Source: Flavonifractor porci
Lineage (GTDB): Bacteria; Bacillota; Clostridia; Oscillospirales; Oscillospiraceae
NCBI RefSeq assembly: GCF_037572415.1
Contig: NZ_JBBHLB010000005.1
Span: forward strand, 150,050 to 214,049
DNA: 64,000 bases
Direction: 5' to 3'
Part shown: positions 1-9,725 of the stretch, piece after piece
Position numbering within the stretch: the stretch's first letter is position 1
Layout: each line of letters opens with the position of its first letter
Translations under genes and position numbers: made by a program
The notes under the pieces: model-generated
Told to the model about the DNA's origin: nothing
Seen by the model: the letters and a program-made list of their open reading frames with translations, nothing else
Database searches by the model: none

Positions 1-110
1 AACAGGAACCAGCCGGAGATCCCGATGGCCGCAATACAGAGAGCCAGGACGATGTAAAATCCCTTTCCCTCGATAAAGTCGCTGAAATGGTGGTAGAATG
101 ATTTTTTCAT
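1..110 (-). CDS. partial CDS: N-terminus of a hypothetical membrane protein that continues beyond the window start
   Basis: Reverse-strand ATG at ~108-110 preceded by a GGAGGT RBS. The read encodes MKKSFYHHFSDFIEGKGFYIVLALCIAAIGISGWFL, which is hydrophobic, and runs off the window edge. Confidence 0.3.
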   Translation of the reverse strand, partial: MKKSFYHHFSDFIEGKGFYIVLALCIAAIGISGWFL

Positions 111-197
111 ACGCTTCAGCACCTCCGATCCTTATTTTGGACAGGCCGGAGAGGGCTTATACACATTGCTCGGAAATTTCTGTATTCTAAATGATAA

Positions 198-238
198 CCC
201 CCGCCCCGCAGAGTATATCTGACTCTGCGGGGCGGGGG
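198..238. terminator. GC-rich hairpin CCCCCGCCCCGCAGAG-loop-CTCTGCGGGGCGGGGG, a likely bidirectional intrinsic terminator
   Basis: Perfect ~16-bp inverted repeat immediately after the stop of the 254..2143 gene, with a T-rich flank. Confidence 0.6.
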
Positions 239-253
239 TATTTCTTCTGAGGC

Positions 254-2143
254 TTACCGGGCCACGATCACGCGGATCCGGCCGCCGGCGCTCTCGCTCT
301 TGTCGCACCAGCCGGTGAGGGTATAGTCTCCTTCCGTCACCTTGGACAGGCTGGAGAGCAGATACTCGCCCTTATCATAGACGTAAACCACCACCTGCTC
401 GGAAAGAGCATACTGTCTCCGGTCGGTGCCCACGGCAAAGTTCCCGCTGACACTGACGCTGTCCAGCTTCTGCTCATTCAGGCTGTACAGGCGCTCCACA
501 TTGGTATCACTGTCCATCTTGACCTGGCAGGGGCCGGTCTTCAGATTGTAGATTTTGGAGTCGGAGCCAAACACCAGCTCCTTACCGCCCACATCATAAG
601 TATAGGCGGAGGAGATCTGGAAGCCGCCGGTGGGCAGGCTCACATTGACCTCATTCACATCGGTAATGATGCCATACTGGTGCAGATCGCCGGTCACATC
701 GTTGAGGATCAGATGGCTGATCTCCCCGTCGCTGTTGAGGGCATAGTAGCGCACCATGCTGCCGGTCAGTTCCACCCCCGCCAACCGGCTGGGATAGACC
801 CGCACCGGTGTACGGGATTCATAGGTATCAATGATCTGCACATCGTCTGCCAGCACATAGCCGCCCAGCTTGCTGCCGTCGGAACCGACCTTGCCGGTCA
901 GCTTGACGGTGCTCAGCCGCTTCACCTGGACGCTGCTGTCGCCGGTGATGACCTGGACCAGGTCCCCCTCCTCCAGGCTCTTTTCGCTGCACTGGTAGCG
1001 GTAGCTGCTGCCGTCGGTGGCTGCCACCGTCACCGTGCGGGCGGTATAGGAACCGTTATTTCCGTCATCATAGGGCAGGTTTTCCACTTTGGTGATCACA
1101 CCGTAAATCAGCGTGCCTTCGCCGGGCCCCTCACCCAGGGCGGCCACGCCGCCGTTGCGGCCCAGCAGCAAGGTGACCTGATCGCCCACCGCATAGCTGC
1201 CCAGGTCGGACAGCGCATAGGCGGCGGAGGTGGTCTCAATGGCATAGGTTTTGCCCGCCACTGTCACCGAAGTGGGCGCGGAAGCGGAGGGGCTGAGGGC
1301 CTCCAGGGTACCGGTGGCCTTATCTGAGTAAGCCCACACCGTCCGCATGGATTTGGACCAGTAGAGCACGTCCTGGGCCTGTATGCTGCCCAGTGTGGCC
1401 GCCTTGCTGTTGCGGTATACCGTGGCAGCGGAGGCATTAAAGGGCAGGGCACCCTGCCAGTTGGCGGAGGCCACCACCGGCCCCTCCATGGCAGAGTTGA
1501 TGAGAGCCACCCGGTCCAGTTCGCCGGCCGCATTCACCAGATTCAAGGTGGGTTCCAGCACATTCAGGTGGTAGACCCCCTCCTTGTTCTTGGTAATCAT
1601 CAGATTGTAAAACAGGTACAGGGCGTCCCGCCGGGTCATGTTCTCACTCTGAGCGCAATTTACGCCCTCGTCCAGATCCAGGGCCCGGTACTGAGCCATC
1701 TGACCGGCGGGCCAAACCCCGGTAAAGTCGCTGTCGGTATAGCCCAGCAGCCGCAGTACCATAGTGACCCCTTCCGCCAGGGTGATCTTCCGGTCTGGGT
1801 TGAAGTTGCCATACAGATCTCCCTGAACCAGGCCCAGGTCCACAGCGGCTTTCACATAGGGAGCCGCCCAGTGGGTCTGGGGCACGTCCGGATAGGGCTT
1901 GACAGCCACCGTATCCCCTACCGTATCCCGGCTGGTGGAGGCAGCCACTGTCATTTTGGTGAATTCCGCCCGGGTGATGGTGCGGTCCAGAGCCAGATCA
2001 CCATTTTCGTCTCCTACCATAATGTCCAGCGCGGCCAGTACCTGGGCAGCCTCCTCCTCGGCCGGAGGGGCCGCCAGCGCCGCAGGAGCCAGTCCCAATA
2101 CCAAAACCAGGGCCAGCAGTCCGGATAACAGTCTATGTTTCAT
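254..2143 (-). CDS. secreted S-layer-homology (SLH) domain protein, 629 aa
   Basis: N-terminal signal peptide MKHRLLSGLLALVLVLGLAPAALA followed by SLH-like repeats (…DRTITRAEFTKM…, …HWAAPYVKAAVDLGLVQG…). No recognisable catalytic domain. Confidence 0.6.
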   Translation of the reverse strand: MKHRLLSGLLALVLVLGLAPAALAAPPAEEEAAQVLAALDIMVGDENGDLALDRTITRAEFTKMTVAASTSRDTVGDTVAVKPYPDVPQTHWAAPYVKAAVDLGLVQGDLYGNFNPDRKITLAEGVTMVLRLLGYTDSDFTGVWPAGQMAQYRALDLDEGVNCAQSENMTRRDALYLFYNLMITKNKEGVYHLNVLEPTLNLVNAAGELDRVALINSAMEGPVVASANWQGALPFNASAATVYRNSKAATLGSIQAQDVLYWSKSMRTVWAYSDKATGTLEALSPSASAPTSVTVAGKTYAIETTSAAYALSDLGSYAVGDQVTLLLGRNGGVAALGEGPGEGTLIYGVITKVENLPYDDGNNGSYTARTVTVAATDGSSYRYQCSEKSLEEGDLVQVITGDSSVQVKRLSTVKLTGKVGSDGSKLGGYVLADDVQIIDTYESRTPVRVYPSRLAGVELTGSMVRYYALNSDGEISHLILNDVTGDLHQYGIITDVNEVNVSLPTGGFQISSAYTYDVGGKELVFGSDSKIYNLKTGPCQVKMDSDTNVERLYSLNEQKLDSVSVSGNFAVGTDRRQYALSEQVVVYVYDKGEYLLSSLSKVTEGDYTLTGWCDKSESAGGRIRVIVAR

Positions 2144-2231
2144 CTTTTTTCTCCTTCCTACGGAAACGGGCCTTCGTTACCGTAAGTATATACCCCCTGA
2201 AGGCAGGAGGCAAGAGGTTCATCCCCAAGCG

Positions 2232-3458
2232 TCAATCGTATCGCAGCGCATCGATGGGGTTCAGTTTGGCCGCCTTGTTGGCAGGCAGGTAGCCGAACAG
2301 GACGCCGATGCCCACCGATACGCCAAAAGATACCAGGATGCCGCTGAGATTGGGAATGGCGGCAAAGCCCTCGGCGTCGCTCATCACCGCCCCCACTATC
2401 ACAGTAAACAGATTGGCCAGCAGGATACCCAATAGGATGCCGATTACGCCGCCGATGGCGGAGGTGGTACCTGCCTCAATGATAAACTGGCTGCGGATGT
2501 CCCGGCCCTTGGCACCCAGAGATTTTCGAATGCCGATCTCCCGGGTGCGCTCGGTCACCGATACCAGCATAATATTCATAATGCCGATGCCGCCTACCAC
2601 CAGGGAAATCGCGGCGATGACCACCAGAATGGTCATGAGCACGCCCAGCATGGAGTCCATCATTTCCATCATTTCCGCCGAGGTCATAACGAGATAGGCG
2701 CTGCTGTCCCCATAGATCCGAAAGAGCATATTCTCAATAACGCCCTTGGCGGCGGAGGAGGTATCCTTGCTGGTGCTGGTGACCAGATAAGAATTCATTC
2801 CAATGCCGCCGCTGGCGGCATTGATTTGCTCCACCAGCCCGTAAGGCAGATAGATCTGATCATCGCCGCTGCCCTCGGTGGAATCCGCCTTCTGGGCCAG
2901 CGTACCAATGACAGTATAGGGTACGCCCCCTATGGTCAGTGTCTGTCCCAGGCCCTGACCTCCAAACATATCCTCATTGAGGTAGCTGCCGATCACACAC
3001 ACCTTTTGATTCTTTTCCACATCCACATAGCTGAGAAAGCGCCCCTCCTTCAGCTTGTCACCGGTGGCCGTCTGACCCTTCTGGCTGTTGTACATGGTTT
3101 CACTGACGCCGTAGACTTTGGTGCGCTCATACTCCTGTGCGCCCTGCCGGACAATGGTGGTGGCGCTGAGATAGGGGCTCACCGAATCGATGTACTGTGG
3201 GTATTTCTCTGCCAGTGTGTAAAAATCATCCGGCCCGGCTTCCCGGTTTCCACCGTAGGAATAGATCCCCACCTGGATCATATTGACGCCGACCTGCTCA
3301 AACTGGCTGTTCATGTACTGCTGCATCCCATTGCCCAGGGAGACAATGACGATGACTGCCGCCACGCCGATGATGATACCCAGCATGGTAAGCAGCGCCC
3401 GCACCTTACTGGTCATTAGGCTTTTGATGGCCAACCGGAAGGATTGCCCTATCTTCAT
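2232..3458 (-). CDS. ABC transporter permease, FtsX/MacB family
   Basis: N-terminal TM helix, a large extracytoplasmic loop and a C-terminal FtsX-like four-TM bundle. The start overlaps the ATPase gene by 4 bp, the typical MacB arrangement. Confidence 0.8.
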   Translation of the reverse strand: MKIGQSFRLAIKSLMTSKVRALLTMLGIIIGVAAVIVIVSLGNGMQQYMNSQFEQVGVNMIQVGIYSYGGNREAGPDDFYTLAEKYPQYIDSVSPYLSATTIVRQGAQEYERTKVYGVSETMYNSQKGQTATGDKLKEGRFLSYVDVEKNQKVCVIGSYLNEDMFGGQGLGQTLTIGGVPYTVIGTLAQKADSTEGSGDDQIYLPYGLVEQINAASGGIGMNSYLVTSTSKDTSSAAKGVIENMLFRIYGDSSAYLVMTSAEMMEMMDSMLGVLMTILVVIAAISLVVGGIGIMNIMLVSVTERTREIGIRKSLGAKGRDIRSQFIIEAGTTSAIGGVIGILLGILLANLFTVIVGAVMSDAEGFAAIPNLSGILVSFGVSVGIGVLFGYLPANKAAKLNPIDALRYD

Positions 3459-4210
3459 AGATTCAGCACCTCCCTGGCTCCGCCGAGCTCCTCCTCCAGC
3501 TCGGGCTGGACCACGGCTTTAGGATCACGAGCGTCTCCGTCATAGATGATCCGGCCGTCCTGAAGGCGGACAATACGTTTGGCCCTTACTGCAATAGAGT
3601 TATCATGGGTGATGAGGACCACGGTATCTCCCTCGGCGTTCAGTTTCTGAAGGAAGCCCAACACCTCCCGGCCGGTACGGGAATCCAGCGCGCCGGTGGG
3701 CTCGTCGGCCAGGATCACCGAGGGATTTCCCGCCAGAGCACGGGCAATGGAGACCCGCTGCTGCTGACCGCCGGAGAGCTGGCTGGGCAGGTTTTTCCGT
3801 TTATCCACCAGCCCTACCCGCTCCAGAGCCTGGAGGGCCCGCTCCCGGCGCTCGCTGCCAGGTACGCCGGCATACAGCAGAGGCAGCTCCACATTTTCCA
3901 GTACATTGAGCTTGGGTATGAGGTTATACTGCTGGAAGATAAAGCCCAGCATCTTGTTGCGGATCTCGGCCTGCTGGTCATCGTCCATGGTGGACACATC
4001 CACCCCGCCCAAATGATAGGTGCCGGAGGTGGGCACATCCAGGCAGCCGATGATATTCATAGCGGTAGACTTGCCGGAGCCGGACTGACCCACGATGGCC
4101 ACAAATTCCCCCTGATCCACCGTCAGGGAGACGCCGTCCAGGGCGTGGACGGTCTCCTCCCCCATCTGGTAGATTTTATAGACGTCTTTGAGTTCAATGA
4201 GGTGTTCCAT
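3455..4210 (-). CDS. ABC transporter ATP-binding protein (MacB/LolD-like)
   Basis: Walker A motif [12 protein letters not shown] signature LSGGQQQRV and Walker [12 protein letters not shown]. Confidence 0.85.
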   Translation of the reverse strand: MEHLIELKDVYKIYQMGEETVHALDGVSLTVDQGEFVAIVGQSGSGKSTAMNIIGCLDVPTSGTYHLGGVDVSTMDDDQQAEIRNKMLGFIFQQYNLIPKLNVLENVELPLLYAGVPGSERRERALQALERVGLVDKRKNLPSQLSGGQQQRVSIARALAGNPSVILADEPTGALDSRTGREVLGFLQKLNAEGDTVVLITHDNSIAVRAKRIVRLQDGRIIYDGDARDPKAVVQPELEEELGGAREVLNL

Positions 4211-4213
4211 GGC

Positions 4214-5878
4214 TTAACCCATCCCCATCATAGCTTCCATCATATTGGACCCCTGGGGACTGGGGGCCAGGATCACTTCCCCCGCCTCCAGACCGTCCAC
4301 GATCTCGATGTAGCTGTCGTCGTTGCGGCCCAGGGTGACCTGCCGTGCCTCCGCGGCGGTGATGTCCACCACGTTTCCTTTTTCATCCAGGCACTCAGGG
4401 GTAGCCACCAAAACAGTGTTCCCCCGCTCCACAGCTTCCACCGGAAGGACAAGCACATTGCCCACCTCTTCCACAATGATCTTGGCGGAGACGTTCATAC
4501 CGGGATACAGCTCTTCAGGGGAGCCGTCCACCAGAACCGTGACCGGATAGCTGGTGTGTCCGCTGGCGGTGGTGCCGTTGATGTTGATCTTATCCACCAC
4601 GCCGGTGAAGCTCTGCCCATCCAGGGCGTCGGCGGTGATCTCCACCTTCTGACCCACCTGGATCTGGCTGATATCCTGCTCGTCGATATCCATCTCAAAG
4701 GTGAGCTGGGAACGGTCATAGATCACGGCGGGATAGGTCACGGTCGTACCGGAGTTTGACATTCCGCTGATGTTATCTCCCACATCCAGATTCTTTTCAA
4801 TGACCTGGCCGTCAATGGTAGAAGTAATAGTATAGTCATCCAGCTTCTCCTGGGCATTTTTCAGGGAGAGCTGAGCATTTTCCAGAGCGATCCTGGCATT
4901 CTCGATCTGGGTGTCCAGATCCGCTTCGGCAATCACGCCGATGACCTGCCCCGCACTGACACGGTCCCCCTCTTTCACATGGAGCACATCCAGGTCGCCG
5001 GAGGCCTTGGCCGTGATCTGAGCGGAGGCGGCATAGGTAAAGTTGGAACTGGCCGCGCAGGCTGCGCCGCCAATGGAGGCGGTACCCTGGCTGGTCTCAG
5101 ACAGCACACCCGGGTTGTTGACCTGAATGGTTACCTGGCGCACCAAAGTGCCGCCCGCTCCCACCTCATCGGTGGCGGCGATCTCAGCCACTGTACCGGT
5201 CAGGGTGGAACCGGTGCCGTTCACTGTCACCGTGGCGGTCTGTCCCACATAGAAGCCGGCGGCGTCCGCCCCATGGAAGGGTACCTTCAGCTTCATGTGA
5301 TCCCGGTCCAACACATCGGCGATCACAGTGCCCGCCGTAACAGTGTCCCCCTGCTCCACGTGCAGCTCGGTGATGACTCCGGCGTCCTTGGCGGTGATGT
5401 TCCGATCCTTCTGGTTGTCGCTCCGGGTCTTGAGCAAATCATCCAGGGCCAGCTGGGCCGAACGGACATTGAGGTGGAGCTGCTCAATGTTGTTTTCCAC
5501 ATCCTTGGCGTCGATGCGGAAAAGTACGGCGCCCTTATGTACCGTCTGACCTTCCTCAAAGGGAGCCTCCAGGATCTCGCCGCTGACCAGGGTAGTTACC
5601 TTGTAGGACTGGATGGGCTCAATGGTGCCGGTACCCGACACGGACACCGTCATATTCTGCATGGAGGCCGTGTAAGGCAGATAGGCGCTGCTGATGATCT
5701 GTTTGCCCGCACCCATACAGCGGGAGAGCATAAAGACAATGATCGCCGCGATCACCGCCAGAACGATCACCCGCTTGACCCACTTGCGCTTCTTTTTGGG
5801 CGCCTTGAACTCCGGGAGCTTCTTCTGCTCCTCCTTCGGCGCCACTGTGGTTTCCGATTTTACTTGGGTTGCTTCCAT
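4214..5878 (-). CDS. efflux transporter periplasmic adaptor subunit (HlyD/MacA family)
   Basis: N-terminal TM anchor and repeated biotin-lipoyl-like/beta-barrel segments. It sits directly upstream of the ABC ATPase and permease. Confidence 0.75.
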   Translation of the reverse strand: MEATQVKSETTVAPKEEQKKLPEFKAPKKKRKWVKRVIVLAVIAAIIVFMLSRCMGAGKQIISSAYLPYTASMQNMTVSVSGTGTIEPIQSYKVTTLVSGEILEAPFEEGQTVHKGAVLFRIDAKDVENNIEQLHLNVRSAQLALDDLLKTRSDNQKDRNITAKDAGVITELHVEQGDTVTAGTVIADVLDRDHMKLKVPFHGADAAGFYVGQTATVTVNGTGSTLTGTVAEIAATDEVGAGGTLVRQVTIQVNNPGVLSETSQGTASIGGAACAASSNFTYAASAQITAKASGDLDVLHVKEGDRVSAGQVIGVIAEADLDTQIENARIALENAQLSLKNAQEKLDDYTITSTIDGQVIEKNLDVGDNISGMSNSGTTVTYPAVIYDRSQLTFEMDIDEQDISQIQVGQKVEITADALDGQSFTGVVDKININGTTASGHTSYPVTVLVDGSPEELYPGMNVSAKIIVEEVGNVLVLPVEAVERGNTVLVATPECLDEKGNVVDITAAEARQVTLGRNDDSYIEIVDGLEAGEVILAPSPQGSNMMEAMMGMG

Positions 5879-5893
5879 GGTCGTTTCTCCTTT

Positions 5894-6520
5894 TCATTGC
5901 TGTCCCCAGCCGGGCGCGGCCTCTTTGGCCGCCACACCTCGCTGTAAGATCCCCAGAATACGGATCAGCCTGGCTCTGGCCTGCTCCACACCACCATCCT
6001 GCGCTGCTGTCAGCATGGTCCCCGCTACCGCGGAGATCAGCAGATGAAACAGATCTGGCAGATCGGTCTCGCTGCGCAGATCCAGCCGGGACAGCTCGAT
6101 CTTGTCCCGCAGGCGGTCCACAATGGCGCAGGGCCCCTGTCGACTGAGGATGAGTCCCGGCTGGAGCCGCTGATTACGGCGGAGTATCCCCGCCATCTCC
6201 CGGAAGTTGTCGCTGTTCCGGTTGGCCTGCAAATAGTCAAACAGGTCCAGAAAGGCCTGAAACAAATCGCCCCCATCCCGGTCCAGCCATTCCTCCACCT
6301 GTTCCACCAACTGCTGGCCATAGGACTCCATGAGATAGTGGAACAGGTCCTCCTTATCGGTAAAGTACATATAGAAGCTGCCCCTTGGAATACCCGCATC
6401 CCGGATTATCCGGTTGATGGAGGCATCCTCATAGGGCACCCGAACAAATTCCGCCCGGGCCGCCGCCAGCAGCCGCTCCCGTTTTTCTGCCGGCAGATGG
6501 AAAAAAGTCATACTTGGCAC
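5894..6520 (-). CDS. TetR/AcrR family transcriptional regulator of the adjacent efflux operon
   Basis: N-terminal HTH (ERLLAAARAEFVRVPYEDASINRIIRDAGIPRGSFYMYF). The start is set at the GTG with a GGAGGGA RBS 6 nt upstream; the tracked ORF extends to 6544 with a TTG. Confidence 0.7.
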   Translation of the reverse strand: MPSMTFFHLPAEKRERLLAAARAEFVRVPYEDASINRIIRDAGIPRGSFYMYFTDKEDLFHYLMESYGQQLVEQVEEWLDRDGGDLFQAFLDLFDYLQANRNSDNFREMAGILRRNQRLQPGLILSRQGPCAIVDRLRDKIELSRLDLRSETDLPDLFHLLISAVAGTMLTAAQDGGVEQARARLIRILGILQRGVAAKEAAPGWGQQ

Positions 6521-6537
6521 AGTGGTTCCCTCCAGAC

Positions 6538-6592
6538 CTGACAACCTGTCGCATTATCTTAATCCGACAACCTGTCATATGTCAACAGGGCG
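6538..6592. promoter_or_regulatory. direct and inverted repeats (GACAACCTGTC twice, TGTCAACAGG) in the TetR/efflux operon promoter region, a candidate TetR operator
   Basis: Repeated 11-mer seen at ~6539 and ~6567, immediately upstream of the TetR start. Confidence 0.3.
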
Positions 6593-6726
6593 GGAACAGA
6601 ATTCACAATTTGTTCCCAACCACTTCGCTGGATAGCATAACAGACCCGTCTCAAATCTTCCATAAAAAAAGGATGAAATTTTTCTAAAAAATCACAACCG
6701 ATGGCAGCCCTTCCATTTTTCATGCA

Positions 6727-6757
6727 AAAGGGGCGCTGCACAGCAGCGCCCCTTTGA
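6727..6757. terminator. intrinsic terminator hairpin AAGGGGCGCTG-CACAG-CAGCGCCCCTT downstream of ackA
   Basis: Perfect 11-bp stem flanked by A and T runs. Confidence 0.7.
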
Positions 6758-6775
6758 AAAGATGCTTTGTTTTTC

Positions 6776-7972
6776 TTACTTGCCCACGATGGCGGCAGTA
6801 TCCATGGCGATCATAAGCTCCTCATCGGTGGGGATGAGCAGGACCTTTACCTTGGAATCGGCGGCGGAAATAACCTTCTCCTTGCCCCGGACATTGTTGG
6901 CCTCGGCGTCCATCTTTACGCCCATGAACTCCAGACCGGAAGCAGCAGCCATACGGGTGTTGGCATCGTTCTCGCCCACGCCGGCGGTGAACACGATGGC
7001 GTCCACACCGCCCATAGCGGCGGCATAGGCGCCGATGAGCTTCTTCACGCCGTACTGGAAGGCCTCCAGAGCCAGAGCAGCCTGCTGGTTTCCGTCATTG
7101 GCAGCATTTTCAACATCGCGGAAGTCGGAGGACACGCCAGAGATACCCAGCACGCCGGACTTCTTGTTGAGGACATTCATCATTTCCTTCATGTCCCAGC
7201 CATATTTGTTCATCAGGTACTCCATGATGCCGGCGTCCAGATCACCGGAGCGGGTGCCCATGGGCAGACCGGCCAGGGGGGTGAAGCCCATGGAGGTGTC
7301 CACGCTCTTGCCACAGTCCACAGCGGCCACGGAAGAGCCGTTGCCCAGGTGGCAGGTGATGATCTTCAGCTCCTCAATGGGCTTGCCCAGCATAGCGGCG
7401 GCACGCTGAGACACATAGCGGTGAGAGGTGCCGTGGAAACCATAGCGGCGGACCTTGTCTTTCTCATAGTACTCGTAGGGCAGAGCATAGATGTAGCTCT
7501 TGGCGGGCATGGTCTGATGGAAAGCGGTGTCAAACACGCCCACCATGGGCACGCCGGGCATGACCTGCTCACAGGCCTTGATACCGGTGATGTTGGCGGG
7601 GTTGTGGAGCGGGGCCAGGGGGATGCACTCCTCCAGAGCGGCCATGACCTCATCGGTGATGCGCACGGAGCCGGCGAACTTCTCGCCGCCGTGGACCACG
7701 CGGTGACCCACAGCATCGATCTCAGAGGCGCTCTTGATCACACCGTGCTCGCTGGAGAGCAGAGCGTCCAGCACAGCCTGAATGGCCTCGGCATGGGTGG
7801 GCATGGGGATCTCAAACTCATACTTGGCGTCCTTGGCGGGGACCTTGTGGGTCAGGCGGCCGTCGATGCCGATGCGCTCACACAGACCTTTGGCCAGCAC
7901 CTCTCGGGTGCCGGGGTCCATGAGCTGATACTTGAGGGAAGAGCTGCCAGCGTTGATGACCAGAACTTTCAT
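6776..7972 (-). CDS. ackA: acetate kinase
   Basis: [19 protein letters not shown]… N-terminus, with the canonical acetate kinase motifs conserved throughout. The start was chosen at the internal MKV (M27 of the tracked ORF). Confidence 0.9.
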   Translation of the reverse strand: MKVLVINAGSSSLKYQLMDPGTREVLAKGLCERIGIDGRLTHKVPAKDAKYEFEIPMPTHAEAIQAVLDALLSSEHGVIKSASEIDAVGHRVVHGGEKFAGSVRITDEVMAALEECIPLAPLHNPANITGIKACEQVMPGVPMVGVFDTAFHQTMPAKSYIYALPYEYYEKDKVRRYGFHGTSHRYVSQRAAAMLGKPIEELKIITCHLGNGSSVAAVDCGKSVDTSMGFTPLAGLPMGTRSGDLDAGIMEYLMNKYGWDMKEMMNVLNKKSGVLGISGVSSDFRDVENAANDGNQQAALALEAFQYGVKKLIGAYAAAMGGVDAIVFTAGVGENDANTRMAAASGLEFMGVKMDAEANNVRGKEKVISAADSKVKVLLIPTDEELMIAMDTAAIVGK

Positions 7973-8143
7973 CGTTCCATCTCTCCTTACTTTTCCTGAT
8001 AAACTATGGCTTGAGAGCCAGGCGTTCCCGTAGTACAATAACAGAAACATATCGGTTTTATTTTATCCCTTTTTGACACAAAGAACAACCCACATTTTTA
8101 CTGAAAGGGAGAAAAATTTTACTCTTGTTCTGGAGGAAAAGCC

Positions 8144-9310
8144 ATGAGGGCCGTCGGCATCGTTGCGGAATACAATCCATTCCATCTGGGTCACGCCTGG
8201 CACATCGCCCACACTCGCCGCCTGTTGGGGGAGGACCGTCCCGTGGTGTGCGTTATGAGTGGCCACTGGGTCCAGGGGGCGGACTGCGCCGTTACGGACA
8301 AGTGGACCCGGGCGGAGTTTGCCCTGAAGGGGGGCGCCGATCTGATTTTGGAACTTCCCACCCCCTGGGCCATGTCTTCGGCTGAGACCTTTGCCCGTGG
8401 GGCGGTATCTATTCTTGCCGCTACCGGGGTGGTGGATACTCTCTCCTTCGGCAGCGAGTGCGGCAGCACTGATGAACTGCGCCATGCGGCGGAGGCTCTG
8501 GATTCCCCAGACTATCCGGCCAGACTGCGGGCTGCTCTGGACAGAGGGTTGTCCTTTCCAGCCGCCCGGCAGGAGGCTGCAAATTGTTCCTGCCTGTCCA
8601 CCCCCAACAACAACCTGGGGGTGGAGTACCTGCGGGCGCTCCGCCATCTGAACGCCTCCATGGAGGTGGTGACGATATCCCGCCGGGGGGCGGAGCACAA
8701 CGGAAGCCAGACGGTGGAGGGTTTTGCTTCCGCCACCCAGATCCGCCGGCTGCTGCGGGCGGGGCGGTACCAAGACGCCGCCCCGCTGGTCCCCGCAGGC
8801 ACCCTGGAGCAGCTTGGGGCAGCCTCCTCCCTGTCCCATATCGAGCGGGCCATTTTGGCCAAACTGCGCACCATGGATGCTGAACAGTGGCGCATCCTAC
8901 CTGACAGCGGCGCGGCGGAGGGCCTTCCGGAACGGCTGATCCACGCCGCCCGACAGGCTTTCTCCCTGGATGAATTCTATTCCCTGGCCAAGACCAAACG
9001 GTACACCCATGCCCGGCTGCGGCGGCTGGCTCTGTCCGCCTTTTTGGATCTAACGACAGACCGCCCTGTCCTCCCCCCTTACGTCCGGGTGCTGGGGTTC
9101 AATGGCCAGGGGCAGGTGTTGCTGAAGGACATGAAAAAACGCTGCACTCTGCCCATGCTCACCAAGCCCGCCCATGCCAAAATCCTTACCGGCCCCGCCC
9201 GGCAGCTCTTTGAGGCGGAGGTCCGGTACACTGACCTATATGGGCTGTGCTTCTCCACCCCAAAGCCCTGTGGGCTGGAATGGACCTCCACCCCAGTCAT
9301 CATGAAATAA
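8144..9310 (+). CDS. tmcAL: tRNA(Met) cytidine acetate ligase (TmcAL/YlbM nucleotidyltransferase family)
   Basis: N-terminus MRAVGIVAEYNPFHLGHAWHI… matches the TmcAL/UPF0348 HxGH nucleotidyltransferase signature. Confidence 0.7.
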   Translation: MRAVGIVAEYNPFHLGHAWHIAHTRRLLGEDRPVVCVMSGHWVQGADCAVTDKWTRAEFALKGGADLILELPTPWAMSSAETFARGAVSILAATGVVDTLSFGSECGSTDELRHAAEALDSPDYPARLRAALDRGLSFPAARQEAANCSCLSTPNNNLGVEYLRALRHLNASMEVVTISRRGAEHNGSQTVEGFASATQIRRLLRAGRYQDAAPLVPAGTLEQLGAASSLSHIERAILAKLRTMDAEQWRILPDSGAAEGLPERLIHAARQAFSLDEFYSLAKTKRYTHARLRRLALSAFLDLTTDRPVLPPYVRVLGFNGQGQVLLKDMKKRCTLPMLTKPAHAKILTGPARQLFEAEVRYTDLYGLCFSTPKPCGLEWTSTPVIMK

Positions 9311-9346
9311 AAAAGTGTCGCGGGAATTCCCGCGACACTTTTTTAT
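9309..9346. terminator. bidirectional terminator hairpin AAAAGTGTCGCGGG-AATT-CCCGCGACACTTTT between convergent tmcAL and rsfS
   Basis: Perfect 14-bp stem with flanking A and T runs. Confidence 0.7.
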
Positions 9347-9350
9347 TGCT

Positions 9351-9713
9351 TTAGTTTTCAGTGAGCACACCGGACAGATCCACGGGGGTAGCATCGCTCC
9401 ACAGGCGCTCCAGATCGTAGAACTCTCTGGCCTCCTCATTGAAGATGTGGACCACCACGGAGGAGAAATCCAGCAGGATCCAGATGCCGCCCCGGTGGCC
9501 CTCCACATGGTGGGGGGGCTCGCCGGCATCCTTCAGCTCCTTCTCACAGACATCGGCCAGGGCCTTGATCTGAGTGGTGGAGGTAGCGGAACACAGCACA
9601 AAATAGTCGGCCAGAGTGGTCAGATGACCGGTCTCCAGTACCTTGATATCCAGGCCCTTCTTGCTGTCCAGAGCTTTGGCGGCCAGCAGGGCAATTTCCT
9701 TGGGTGTTAACAT
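9351..9713 (-). CDS. rsfS: ribosome silencing factor RsfS (Iojap)
   Basis: 120-aa protein with the conserved DYFVLCSATSTTQIKA core of the RsfS/Iojap family, in the conserved yqeK–rsfS neighbourhood. Confidence 0.85.
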   Translation of the reverse strand: MLTPKEIALLAAKALDSKKGLDIKVLETGHLTTLADYFVLCSATSTTQIKALADVCEKELKDAGEPPHHVEGHRGGIWILLDFSSVVVHIFNEEAREFYDLERLWSDATPVDLSGVLTEN

Positions 9714-9725
9714 AAAATCTCTCCT

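Noticed and set aside
6767-7999. 410-aa plus-strand ORF antisense to ackA
   Set aside because: ackA on the minus strand has a textbook N-terminus and motifs. The antisense ORF has no homology and is low-complexity.
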